Below, piece by piece: positions 19,780 to 28,696 of a DNA stretch of 64,000 bases. Each line of letters begins with the position of its first letter. Position 1 is the first letter of the stretch. A model generated the notes under the pieces. It had not been told where the DNA came from, ran no database searches, and saw only the letters and a program-made list of their open reading frames with translations. Made by a program: the position numbers and the translations under genes. Source of the stretch: a candidate division WOR-3 bacterium (GTDB lineage Bacteria; Hydrothermota; Tepidihabitantia; Tepidihabitantales; Tepidihabitantaceae); NCBI GenBank assembly GCA_965648905.1, contig CBFGIT010000011.1, positions 32,557-96,556 on the forward strand. The letters run 5' to 3'.

Positions 19780-20198
19780 TCGGCCCCCTGCTCTTTGCCC
19801 AGTTCGTGCAGCACGCCGTCGAGCACACCGTTGACGAACCGGCCGGCCTCGTCGTCACCGAACTTCTTGGCGATGTCTACCGCCTCGTTGATCGTCACCT
19901 TGGGCGGCACGTCGGCGAAGTAGAGCAGCTCGGCTGCAGCAACTCGGAGAATCGCCCGGTCGACGACGGTCAGCCGCTCCAGACGCCAGCGCCGCAGGTG
20001 CCGCCGCAGGATCGTGTCAATCTCCTGCTGGGAAGTCTGCACCGCGGCCACCAGCCGACGCAGGTAGCTCTCGGCATCGTCCGATGGATTCTTGCGCGCG
20101 ACGATTTCCTCAATAGTTGAATCCGGGTCGTCGGCAACCAGGTCGAGGCGGTACATCACCTCGAGTGCGCACTCACGGGCCAGACGACGATTGGTCAT
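19776..20198 (-). CDS. nusB: transcription antitermination factor NusB
   Basis: RRLARECAL, DRAILR, INEAVDIAKKFG, FVNGVLD; follows ribH. Confidence 0.95.
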   Translation of the reverse strand: MTNRRLARECALEVMYRLDLVADDPDSTIEEIVARKNPSDDAESYLRRLVAAVQTSQQEIDTILRRHLRRWRLERLTVVDRAILRVAAAELLYFADVPPKVTINEAVDIAKKFGDDEAGRFVNGVLDGVLHELGKEQGAE

Positions 20199-20227
20199 GC
20201 CACCCCTTTCAGTCCTGGAAGTTGCTG

Positions 20228-20695
20228 CTAGTCGACGTCCTGCGCGGCCAGGTCGGCCATCTCGATTGCCGACAGGGTCGCGGTCCAGCCCTTATTGCCG
20301 GCTTTGGCCCCGGCCCGCTCCAACGCCTGTTCGAGCGTCTCCGCAGTGATGATGCCGAAACTCGTCGGTACGCCGGTGTCGAGCGAAACCCGGGCCAGTC
20401 CTTTGGCGACCTCGGCCGAGATGTATTCGGCATGGGGCGTGTCGCCGCGAATCACCGCGCCCAGACCGATGATTGCCTGGTACTTCCTGGTGCGGGCGGC
20501 ACGAAGTGCGACCAGCGGTATCTCGTAAGCGCCCGGGACCCAGATGACGTCGGCCGCGGCCGCGTGGTGCCGCTCGAGACAGTCCCGAGCACCGTCGAGC
20601 AACTGCCGGCTGATAAGCTCGTTGAAACGTGACACCACGAGGCAGAACTTCCTGCCCTGGGCACTAAGCATGCCTTTGAACTCACGGGTTTCCAT
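20228..20695 (-). CDS. ribH: 6,7-dimethyl-8-ribityllumazine synthase
   Basis: VSRFN, WVPGAYEIP, GAVIRGDTPH, ERAGAKAGNKG. Confidence 0.96.
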   Translation of the reverse strand: METREFKGMLSAQGRKFCLVVSRFNELISRQLLDGARDCLERHHAAAADVIWVPGAYEIPLVALRAARTRKYQAIIGLGAVIRGDTPHAEYISAEVAKGLARVSLDTGVPTSFGIITAETLEQALERAGAKAGNKGWTATLSAIEMADLAAQDVD

Positions 20696-21971
20696 TTGCT
20701 ACTCCTTTTGCCCGGCCGCGGCCGGCTGCCGGTCGCCCGAGCTCGGCCTCAAGGTCGCCGAGCAGGTGCCCGAGCCGGTCGCGCTTGGTAACCAGGTACT
20801 TGATGTTCTTCCTGTTCGGGCGCACAATTATCGGCACCCGTTCGACAATGTCCAGTCCGAACCCGCGCAACCCGACAAGCTTGCGCGGGTTGTTGGTGAG
20901 CAGTCTGATGCTTGAGAGCCCGAGGTCAGATAGAATCTGCGCCCCGATGCCGTAATCGCGCAGGTCCGGCTCAAACCCAAGCGCAACATTGGCCTGCACC
21001 GTGTCCAGGCCTCTGTCCTGCAGGGCATAGGCCTTGAGCTTGTTGGCCAGGCCGATGCCCCGGCCTTCCTGGCGCATGTAGAGGATGACCCCAAGGCCGG
21101 CGCGCGCAATCATCGCCATCGAACGGGCCAGTTGTGCGCCGCAATCGCAGCGCAGGGAATGAAACACGTCCCCGGTCAGGCACTGCGAATGGACCCGCAC
21201 CAGCACGCGCTCCTGTCCACGCACCTCGCCCCGGATGAGCGCGAGGTGAGCGTAAGGCTCGACTACGTCTTCGTAGACAACGACCCGGAACTCCCCGAAT
21301 TCGGTCGGCAATGTGGTCTCGACCACCGGCCGGACCAGCTTCTCCTGGCGGCGTCGAAACTCAATCAGGTCCCGGACCGCAACCATCTTCAGCCCGAACC
21401 GGCGGCTCAACCGCTCCAGCGCCCCGAGTCGAGCCATGCTGCCGTTATCGGCCATCACCTCACACAACACCCCGGCTGGTTTGAGTCCGGCAAGCCGCGC
21501 CAGGTCGACCGCGGCCTCGGTGTGTCCGGCCCGAACCAGCACCCCGCCGTCCTTGGCGACAAGCGGGAAAACATGGCCGGGCCGCGCCAGGTCCGAGGGC
21601 TCTGTCTTCGGGTCAACCAACGCTCGAATCGTTGCGGCCCGGTCATGAGCCGAGATTCCGGTTGTTGTGCCCTGGACCGCATCAACCGACACCGTAAACG
21701 CCGTGCCGTGCAACGCCGTGTTCTCGCCCGCCTGGGCTTTGAGCCCAAGCGCAGCACAACGGTCAGCAGTCAGGGCCACGCAGATAAGACCCCGACCATA
21801 CCGGGCCATGAAGTTGACCTTGGCCGGTGTCACCTTCTCGGCCGCACCGACCAGGTCGCCCTCATTCTCCCGGGCCTCGTCATCGACCACAACAATCAAC
21901 CGTCCCCGACGCAGGTCCTGGAGTGCATCCTCAATCCGGGCGAACCGGACCGCTCTCTTCTTACCGGCCAC
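20682..21971 (-). CDS. ribBA: bifunctional DHBP synthase / GTP cyclohydrolase II
   Basis: VVDDEARENEGDL, RAGHTEA, RVHSQCLTGD, RCDCG, QEGRGIGL, LLTNNP; start set at GTG 21971. Confidence 0.95.
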   Translation of the reverse strand: MAGKKRAVRFARIEDALQDLRRGRLIVVVDDEARENEGDLVGAAEKVTPAKVNFMARYGRGLICVALTADRCAALGLKAQAGENTALHGTAFTVSVDAVQGTTTGISAHDRAATIRALVDPKTEPSDLARPGHVFPLVAKDGGVLVRAGHTEAAVDLARLAGLKPAGVLCEVMADNGSMARLGALERLSRRFGLKMVAVRDLIEFRRRQEKLVRPVVETTLPTEFGEFRVVVYEDVVEPYAHLALIRGEVRGQERVLVRVHSQCLTGDVFHSLRCDCGAQLARSMAMIARAGLGVILYMRQEGRGIGLANKLKAYALQDRGLDTVQANVALGFEPDLRDYGIGAQILSDLGLSSIRLLTNNPRKLVGLRGFGLDIVERVPIIVRPNRKNIKYLVTKRDRLGHLLGDLEAELGRPAAGRGRAKGVANGNP

Positions 21972-23019
21972 GACTGGAGCCCTTCCCTCTGGCCCGAGCG
22001 CCGAGGGTCTGTTCGTACCATCGATGGTAGAAATCCTGATAGGCCTTGCGCCGCCTGATTCTCTGCCACCAGGGTCTGTTGGCCTCATACCACTCGAGCG
22101 TGGCAACCAGGCCCTTGTCGAACCGGGTCCTCGCCTGCCAGCCCAGTACCCGGGCAGCCTTGCGCATATCGCAGACCAGCCGGGCAACATGGCCGGGCCG
22201 GTCCTTGACATGCTGGACAAGTCCAGCCGGCCGGCCCAGGTAACGGACGATTTCGCGGGCAATCTGCAGTGAACTCCGCTCCTCGCCTGAGCCGATATTG
22301 AAAACCTCACCCACGACCTTCCGGGCCGGTGCTTCAGCCGCAAGCCGCACTGCCCGGCACAGGTCGGCCACGTATGTCCAGTCGCGCGTGTTCCGGCCCG
22401 AGCCGTAGACGTAGAGCGGCCGGTTCTCCAGTGCGCTGGTGAAGAAGAACGGAATAACCTTTTCCGGGTACTGATTCGGGCCATAGGCGTTGAACGGTCG
22501 CAGGATTGTGATGGGCAGGTTGTAGGTGTGATAGTAGGCCTGGCAGAGCCGGTCAGCCCCGGCCTTGGTTGCGGCGTACGGGCTCTGTGGCTCAATCGGG
22601 TGAGCTTCGCTCATCGGCACGGTGCGGGCCGAGCCGTAAACCTCGCAGGTCGAAATCTGCACGAACCGGTCGCCGGGATTGCGCCGGAACTCGTCGAGCA
22701 GCACCCAGGTTCCGACAAAATCGGTCCGGACAAACGGTGCGACGTCGTCAATCGATCGGTCGATGTGGGTCTCGGCAACAAAGTTGACGACCAGGTCCAC
22801 GCCCCGCAGCGCGGCCCGCACCGCGGCCCGGTTGCAGACGTCGGCCCGCACAAACTCAAACCGCGGGTTCTGCCAGCAGTCGGCAGGGAAGTTGTCGAGA
22901 TTACCGCAATACGTCAGCTTGTCCAGGACCCGCACCTGCCAGCCCGGCTCGCCGAGCAACAGTCGGACGAAGTTCGAGCCGATGAACCCGGCTCCACCGG
23001 TAACCAGCGCTTTCGGCAT
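21961..23019 (-). CDS. rfbB: dTDP-glucose 4,6-dehydratase
   Basis: VTGGAGFIGSNF, DKLTY, AETHIDRSI, SPYAATKA, PEKVIP, DRPGH. Confidence 0.9.
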   Translation of the reverse strand: MPKALVTGGAGFIGSNFVRLLLGEPGWQVRVLDKLTYCGNLDNFPADCWQNPRFEFVRADVCNRAAVRAALRGVDLVVNFVAETHIDRSIDDVAPFVRTDFVGTWVLLDEFRRNPGDRFVQISTCEVYGSARTVPMSEAHPIEPQSPYAATKAGADRLCQAYYHTYNLPITILRPFNAYGPNQYPEKVIPFFFTSALENRPLYVYGSGRNTRDWTYVADLCRAVRLAAEAPARKVVGEVFNIGSGEERSSLQIAREIVRYLGRPAGLVQHVKDRPGHVARLVCDMRKAARVLGWQARTRFDKGLVATLEWYEANRPWWQRIRRRKAYQDFYHRWYEQTLGARARGKGSSRGR

Positions 23020-23474
23020 CAGCCCTCTCTGATTCGCCAGTCGTAAGGGATTGCCGGGTCGTCCGGCGCACGGCGGAACTCGTCCGGCTGGTCGTGGTTG
23101 TAGACCTCGGTCGGGCAGTTGACCATGTACGCCGGCTCGGTGCCGACTCCTTTCATGCCGTGCAGCACGCCCGGCGGGATGCGGATGAGCATCGGGTTCT
23201 GCTCGCCGATGAAAAACTCCTGGACCTCGCCGTGGGTCGGCGAGTCGGCCCGGTCGTCGTAGAGCACAACCTTGGCCATCCCCTTGACGATGGCAAAGCA
23301 GTCGGTCTGCACCTTGTGGTAATGCCAGCCTTTGACCACACCCGGATAGACGACTGACAAGTACACCTGGCCGAACTTCTCGAACAGCTCGTCGTCTGAA
23401 CGCAGGATTTCCATTACCGCGCCGCGCTCGTCCGGGATGATGCGAAGCGGCTTGGTCTGAACGCCCTTAATCAT
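23019..23474 (-). CDS. rfbC: dTDP-4-dehydrorhamnose 3,5-epimerase family (cupin)
   Basis: DERG, GVVKGWHYH, DRADSPT, IPPGVLHG; start MIKGVQ. Confidence 0.85.
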   Translation of the reverse strand: MIKGVQTKPLRIIPDERGAVMEILRSDDELFEKFGQVYLSVVYPGVVKGWHYHKVQTDCFAIVKGMAKVVLYDDRADSPTHGEVQEFFIGEQNPMLIRIPPGVLHGMKGVGTEPAYMVNCPTEVYNHDQPDEFRRAPDDPAIPYDWRIREG

Positions 23475-23482
23475 GGCGGCCA

Positions 23483-23510
23483 AGTATACCCGGACTGAGC
23501 GCAGATTCAA
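23483..23510 (-). promoter_or_regulatory. sigma70-type promoter (TTGAAT-16-TATACT), probably leaderless
   Basis: -10 ends 8 nt before the rfbC ATG. Confidence 0.6.
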
Positions 23511-23919
23511 GATTCGCCTGCCCAGGTTAGCGCAGTACAGTGACCGCAATCGCGGCTGCAGGCCGGCCCCACCGCGGTCTCGCCGGTGTGCGACATCATT
23601 CTGCCTTCCGGGTCGTGGGTTCTGATTTCCGGCTTCGCTTGGCTGCTCAACCGGCCCGAGCATGCCCAGACAGTTCGGCATCAAGGCACTGGTTTACACA
23701 TATTGTAACCCCTCAACAACCGGCGGTTCAGCCTAACAATTTGGCGCACTGTGACTTAGTTCACTACCGCATTTTACTGGGGTACGGTCTCCCTTGCCAC
23801 TTGGAGCGCCGTTCTGCTCGTCGCAAGGAGAGCGGTTCGGCCGGCCCCGGTCGGCGTCGCTCGGGCCGACGCTTGCCCTGGCGTTCTCCCTGCCGCGGTG
23901 ACTATCCCCGTGCCGGTCG

Positions 23920-24015
23920 CTCTGGTCCTGGCTCGGGTCTTGGCCGGCTGCGTCGCTCCGACCTGCGCTCGGGTTTCGGCTCTGACTGCGGCTCTGGTCG
24001 TGGTTCCGGTCGCGG
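23920..24015. repeat. degenerate 12-bp tandem repeat (8 units)
   Basis: Units ctctggtcctgg, ctcgggtcttgg, ccggctgcgtcg, ctccgacctgcg, ctcgggtttcgg, ctctgactgcgg, ctctggtcgtgg, ttccggtcgcgg. Confidence 0.6.
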
Positions 24016-24095
24016 TTGGCACCGCCGTCTGTCTCGCTGCTTCAGGTACTACGCCGCACTGTGAATCGCCGGTCAGGGTAGTGGCCGAGTCTCAC

Positions 24096-24455
24096 TTACT
24101 CCAGCCAAACCTCCACATGCTCGTCCTTGTCCTCGTCATGCACGTCAACAATCTTGCCGGTGATGCCCTTTTCCAGCGCCTCGGTCACCACCCGCATGTC
24201 GATTTCCTGCTCCTCGATTTTGGCCTTGGCCGAGGCCGGCATCATATGCATGCCCCATTTCACCAGGCCGATAGGCAGAGTGATGTTCACGTTGGGCCGG
24301 TCTGAGCCGGCCCGGCACACGCGGACCTTGAGGAACCGGTTGGCCCGGCCGCCTGAGTCGCTCTTGTTCAGAGCGTCGAGCAGCCGTGCCGCGTCGTCCG
24401 CGGTTATCTTCTTTTCTTCCAGCAGCTTCAATATCCGGGCTCGCTCGTCATTCAT
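24096..24455 (-). CDS. SHOCT-like/YvlB N-terminal domain protein
   Basis: MNDERARILKLLEEKKITADDAARLLDAL, then a LKVRV..VNITLPI domain. Confidence 0.8.
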   Translation of the reverse strand: MNDERARILKLLEEKKITADDAARLLDALNKSDSGGRANRFLKVRVCRAGSDRPNVNITLPIGLVKWGMHMMPASAKAKIEEQEIDMRVVTEALEKGITGKIVDVHDEDKDEHVEVWLE

Positions 24456-24709
24456 CTCGACCTCCGAATCTCGTTCAACGCTCGCTCCACGTCAATCCTG
24501 CCCGCCTCTAGGTCGGTAATGACCTGAGCCGCGCTCTTACGCCGGCACTGCCAGCGCCGCACCCGGCGGAAGATGATGTATGCGCCCAGTACGACAATGA
24601 GTAGCGGCCAGTCGCGGCGGAACACCATGTAGGGCACGCCCAGGGCCGAAAGCCATATCCACAGCCCCACGGCCACCATCACCGCGCCCGTCCATAACGC
24701 GCGCCTCAT
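24452..24709 (-). CDS. small membrane protein (LiaI/LiaF-like, DUF5668-like) with SHOCT-like tail
   Basis: Two hydrophobic helices with RDWP; tail VITDLEAGRIDVERAL; RBS GGAGGAG. Confidence 0.7.
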   Translation of the reverse strand: MRRALWTGAVMVAVGLWIWLSALGVPYMVFRRDWPLLIVVLGAYIIFRRVRRWQCRRKSAAQVITDLEAGRIDVERALNEIRRSR

Positions 24710-24894
24710 CCTCTCCTCCCGCGTCGAATCGCCCACGAGATCCCCTCGCCGACTGTGAGCAGGCCGACGATGACGATAATCACCGGCCAATCGCGGCGGA
24801 AGACGATGCCCGACGTCACGACTCCAAGGTTGGCAAGCCATATCCACGTGCCGATGGCCATAACGATCAGGCCCCAGATGATTGTCCGTACCAT
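24706..24894 (-). CDS. small membrane protein (DUF5668-like)
   Basis: Two TM helices with FRRDWP; RBS AAGGAGG; paralog of the adjacent gene. Confidence 0.72.
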   Translation of the reverse strand: MVRTIIWGLIVMAIGTWIWLANLGVVTSGIVFRRDWPVIIVIVGLLTVGEGISWAIRRGRRG

Positions 24895-25787
24895 TAGTCC
24901 TCCTTTGAGCTACGAACCGTTATCTCGCCGGTGCGCGTGCGCAGCGCAATGCTCGCGCTGCCCGCACCGAACTTCACCTTCGCGTAGTTGTCGCGCTGCT
25001 CAAGCACTTCGTGCGGAGCAGCGAGGTCGAGCACGACTGCGCCGTCCTCGTCTGCCTTGGCCTCGAGCACCGCATCCTCGTCTGACCGCAATGCCAGGCT
25101 TATGTCGCCCGACTTGGTGGCGACCAGTCCCCGCACCGGTCCTGCAGCCTCGACCTCGACATCGCCTGACCGGGTTTCAATCATGAGCTCGCCCTGTACG
25201 CCGGCCAGTTCCACGTCGCCCGATACCGTCGCGACCTCGGTCTGTCCGGCATGCTCGGCAATCTCCACGTCACCCGATACCGACTTCACCCAGACCTTGC
25301 CGTCGGTTCGGACGATTTCGACGTCACCGGATACGGTCGTGACCTCGCAGTCAGACCTAACCGGTACGCGGGCATCGACGTCGCTTGAGACTGAGCGGAA
25401 GTCAACCGAATCGTCGCCCTCCCTCACTTTGGCCATGCCGCCAGTGTAGCTTAGGCTCGTGGCGTTGCCTGTCTGCCCTTCGACCTCGACGTCGCCCGAG
25501 ACGTTGCGCACGACCAGCACTCGCTTACCCGAGAACTGAACCCGACGCTCGTCCCCGGTTTCGAGACTGGACTGAACCGCCTTGCTGACCGCGTGGGCCA
25601 CCATGTCCGGTATCCGGTCCAGCTCCTTCATCGCCAGGCGTCGATGCACGCGCGGCGGAACAACCGGCAGTTCGAACTCAGGTTCGTGTCGCCGGGAAGA
25701 CAGGGCTTCAATCAGCCGCGCGGCCTGGTCTGCAGTTATCTTACCGTCCTCAAGCAACTTGAGGATTCTCGCTCTTTCGTCACTCAT
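24894..25787 (-). CDS. DUF4097 beta-strand repeat protein with N-terminal SHOCT-like domain (LiaX/YvlB-like)
   Basis: MSDERARILKLLEDGKIT; repeated (T/S)VSGDVE. Confidence 0.85.
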   Translation of the reverse strand: MSDERARILKLLEDGKITADQAARLIEALSSRRHEPEFELPVVPPRVHRRLAMKELDRIPDMVAHAVSKAVQSSLETGDERRVQFSGKRVLVVRNVSGDVEVEGQTGNATSLSYTGGMAKVREGDDSVDFRSVSSDVDARVPVRSDCEVTTVSGDVEIVRTDGKVWVKSVSGDVEIAEHAGQTEVATVSGDVELAGVQGELMIETRSGDVEVEAAGPVRGLVATKSGDISLALRSDEDAVLEAKADEDGAVVLDLAAPHEVLEQRDNYAKVKFGAGSASIALRTRTGEITVRSSKED

Positions 25788-25921
25788 CGTAACCTCCTGC
25801 TACCACGGTTCGTTCTTTTGGCCACCCGACACCCGACCTGAGTCGCCAGGCGCCATCTCGCACCGGCGGCCAATGCAATCCTGTCGCGTCACATCCAGGA
25901 GCCCTAACACCACGCTGGCCC

Positions 25922-26299
25922 CTAGTTCTCAGGGCTCCCGCCACGCAGCATCCTCTCGGCCTCCTCAGCCGTGACCTCACCGCGCTCGAGCATTTCGATG
26001 ACCTCGTTACGGTCCACGCGCGATGCCTGCTCAGAGAACCCGAGCGCGGCCAGCACGCTATCAAGCCGGGACCGCACAGTCGGATACGAGATTCCCAGCT
26101 CCTTCTCCACGTCGCGAATCACGCCCCGGTTCTTGATGAATACGACCAGGAACTGGTACAAGTCATCCGGCAGCCGACACAGGTCCGGCACCGGAAACCG
26201 ACCCCGCACCGCGGTGCCGCACGACTCGCAGGTCAACTCGGAGACAGTCATGCCGGACTCACAGACCGGACACCGAGACACAAGCAGTTTCCTTGGCAT
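25922..26299 (-). CDS. DUF2089 family protein (zinc ribbon + HTH + SHOCT-like)
   Basis: CPVC..CESC, EKELGISYPTVRSRLD, EVIEMLERGEVTAEEA. Confidence 0.88.
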   Translation of the reverse strand: MPRKLLVSRCPVCESGMTVSELTCESCGTAVRGRFPVPDLCRLPDDLYQFLVVFIKNRGVIRDVEKELGISYPTVRSRLDSVLAALGFSEQASRVDRNEVIEMLERGEVTAEEAERMLRGGSPEN

Positions 26300-26313
26300 T
26301 CCTAACATCCTTC

Positions 26314-26544
26314 TCAGTTCACGGCCGACGGTGAAGCAAGCGCGGCCACGCTGCGGCACGCACTCACATACACGGTATCAGTGACCAGACGCGGCATTTC
26401 CGCCCTCACGACCACCTCGGCCACGCGGCCCTGACCGTCTGCTTGGGCTTGGTGGCCGAAAGTCAGGCCCCACATCAACGCACCTGTAATCATGACAGCG
26501 GCTGTCATAGCTACTGCGAGGGCCGATTTCACTACATTCTTCAT
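26314..26544 (-). CDS. small hypothetical membrane/secreted protein
   Basis: RBS GGAG, hydrophobic N-terminus, first ORF after the promoter at 26665-26692. Confidence 0.55.
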   Translation of the reverse strand: MKNVVKSALAVAMTAAVMITGALMWGLTFGHQAQADGQGRVAEVVVRAEMPRLVTDTVYVSACRSVAALASPSAVN

Positions 26545-26664
26545 TGTAGTCTCCGTTCTTGGTTTGTTGAACTAAGTGAATGTATTTCCGCGCTGCGACT
26601 CATACCAAACGATATGCGCCCGAAGCAGCACTTGAAATTGTTGATGTTCACGTTCATCTTATTC

Positions 26665-26692
26665 ATTATACTAGTTAGATGCACGAAGTCAA
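26665..26692 (-). promoter_or_regulatory. sigma70-type promoter (TTGACT-16-TATAAT)
   Basis: Near-consensus hexamers in an AT-rich patch upstream of the DUF2089 operon. Confidence 0.65.
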
Positions 26693-26715
26693 GGAGAAGT
26701 TTCACCGATATTGAT

Positions 26716-26739
26716 ATTATTAATACTAGGATTAATAAT
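26716..26739. promoter_or_regulatory. candidate operator, inverted repeat ATTATTAAT-N6-ATTAATAAT
   Basis: Perfect 9-bp inverted repeat just upstream of the -35 element. Confidence 0.45.
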
Positions 26740-26965
26740 CTTGACCAGAATGCCGCTCGTATATGTAACAGTTTGCAGATATGCGAGTTACGTTGATGAA
26801 CACTGTTGATGGCGCATCATTGGTGCGTACCAGCCGCAGGTGAGCAGGGCTCTATTGCGCTTGCCGCACAGGCAGGGGGCTGCCGCTTCCCAGGCACCAC
26901 GCAGCACGGATGACGCCTTGGTCTGGACTGGTTGACAGACGGTCAGGTCAGAGCTATCTTAGTCT

Positions 26966-28060
26966 GTGGCCCGACCCAGCACCTTCGCCGCAGCCCTGTC
27001 TGCGCTGCTTGGCTTGTGCGGCTCTGTTCGAGCCGCGCCCTTGGTTCTTGGCCGGTGTCCGCTCGACCGGGTTGTTAGAGTAGTGAGCGGCTGCTTCACG
27101 GCTGCCAACACCCAATCCCTGCTCCTCGTTCAGGACCTGGGGCGGGTTGAGCTCTCGCGTCCGTCTCGCTCCGAACGCTCCGACCTCAGCCTGCTGCGAC
27201 TCGCTGTGGTTCAACCAGGCGCTGCCGGTTTCTCGTCTGTCTGGATAAGTGAGCCGCTTGCCAGCCCTGGCCCGGCCCGCCTCGACCTTTCCGGCACAGC
27301 CTGGACCGCGGGCGACCTGGACGGCAACGGTCGGGACGAACTGCTCCTGTTCGGCGGTAACTCGTGCCGAGTGCTCAGATTCGACCACGGCAATGTGATG
27401 GAGGAAACCCTGACCTTCCCCGGTTCAGCCGTGACCGCGGCCGCGGTCTGCGACGTGAACAACGACGGCGTCTCCGACATCGCCACCATCGAGATGCCGG
27501 AGCAGCAGTATGGCGACGCATCGCGCCTCGTGCGCGTGTACCAGCAGGCGGGCAGCCAACTGGTCCCGCATCAACCATACTCCATCGGTCTCAACTGGGG
27601 CGCTGAAACACGCATTGCCCTGCTCGGCGCAGCCCGGCTCGATGACTATCCGGGCACCCTACCGATGTTCGCCGGTATCCGCGCAGACCTACGACCTAGC
27701 GTCTATGCCGTGCTCTACGAACCACGACCTGACTCGCTGGCTTTCACGGCGAACCCGTTTCCGTGGCAGGAGTGGTTCTCGAAGACTCAAGTTCTGCCCG
27801 CGGGCGAGCTGAGCCTGTTCAACGTCGGTGATACGCTGGTCGGATACGGCTACTTTGTTCCGGGCTCAAGACCTTCCGGGCCGTCACAAAGCTTCGCCGC
27901 GCTCCGAGACGGCGAATGGCGCCTGCTCAATCTTACTGATGAGGCTGCGCGCCTGTCCGGTCCGGTCTGCCGGTTCCGCCACGACGGCACTGACGGCTGG
28001 CTCGAACTCCGCGACAACCTCCTCTACTTCTATCCCGGCGAAATCTTCTACTGGCGCTAG
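26966..28060 (+). CDS. secreted FG-GAP/VCBS repeat protein
   Basis: Signal peptide; GDLDGNGRDELL and CDVNNDGVSDI motifs. Confidence 0.75.
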   Translation: MARPSTFAAALSALLGLCGSVRAAPLVLGRCPLDRVVRVVSGCFTAANTQSLLLVQDLGRVELSRPSRSERSDLSLLRLAVVQPGAAGFSSVWISEPLASPGPARLDLSGTAWTAGDLDGNGRDELLLFGGNSCRVLRFDHGNVMEETLTFPGSAVTAAAVCDVNNDGVSDIATIEMPEQQYGDASRLVRVYQQAGSQLVPHQPYSIGLNWGAETRIALLGAARLDDYPGTLPMFAGIRADLRPSVYAVLYEPRPDSLAFTANPFPWQEWFSKTQVLPAGELSLFNVGDTLVGYGYFVPGSRPSGPSQSFAALRDGEWRLLNLTDEAARLSGPVCRFRHDGTDGWLELRDNLLYFYPGEIFYWR

Positions 28061-28366
28061 GCCGCATCTCAGCAGACCCGGCGTCGACGCGACGCTGCCT
28101 GCGGCCTGCCCAGTTGCCACCGCCAGCCATGCCGAGGCGCGTGGCTGCAGGAACGCCTTGGCCCGGACTTGCCTTCCGTGTCTGATGTGGTTCAATCGAG
28201 GGGCAAAGGTCTTGTCATGAACCACCACCAATCGGCTTCGCCGCCGGCCTGCCCGCGCCGCGGCAGGCGGGCGCGCGATGCTGTGCGCCAAGGCGGGCTG
28301 TTGTCCATTTCCGCGGGCTCTCCCCGAGCCCAATCCAGACCAGCGTCCCTACAAGAGGAGGACTAG

Positions 28367-28504
28367 ATGCGAAGAGGTGCAATGTGGCTGGCAGCAGTCC
28401 TGCTGCTGGCCGGGCAAAGCGCATACGCCGTCGAGCCGCCTGCAGTGCAATGGTCACGGGCCTTTCAGTCGTATGACAGCAAGGTGCGAGTTCCCTCCCC
28501 ATAG
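28367..28504 (+). pseudogene. probable 5' remnant of a secreted protein gene
   Basis: RBS GAGGAGG, then MRRGAMWLAAVLLLAGQSAYA-VEPPAVQWSRAF..., stop after 45 aa. Confidence 0.4.
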
Positions 28505-28660
28505 CTGGTTCGAACGACTTATGAGACAGTAGGACTGCCACCCCGGCGACGACTCCACGCAGCCGGCGCAATGACCAGCGCGAGAACGTGCGGTCGATGC
28601 TCCCTCCATGGTCATCACTTCCTGCATTGTGCCGGGCCGGAATGGAACTGACGACGCGCC

Positions 28661-28688
28661 TTGACACCCGGTCTTGAGGGTCTATAAT
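28661..28688 (+). promoter_or_regulatory. sigma70-type promoter (TTGACA-16-TATAAT), leaderless pilT
   Basis: Perfect hexamers; ATG 8 nt after -10; no SD. Confidence 0.75.
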
Positions 28689-28696
28689 ATCCGCGC

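Noticed and set aside
21972..22595. Apparent 208-aa N-terminal extension of ribBA
   Set aside because: Overlaps rfbB in another frame; homology starts near 21971.
26716..26739. dif/Xer site
   Set aside because: Does not match the XerD arm TTATGTTAAAT, and its TAA-TTA spacing is 8 rather than 6.
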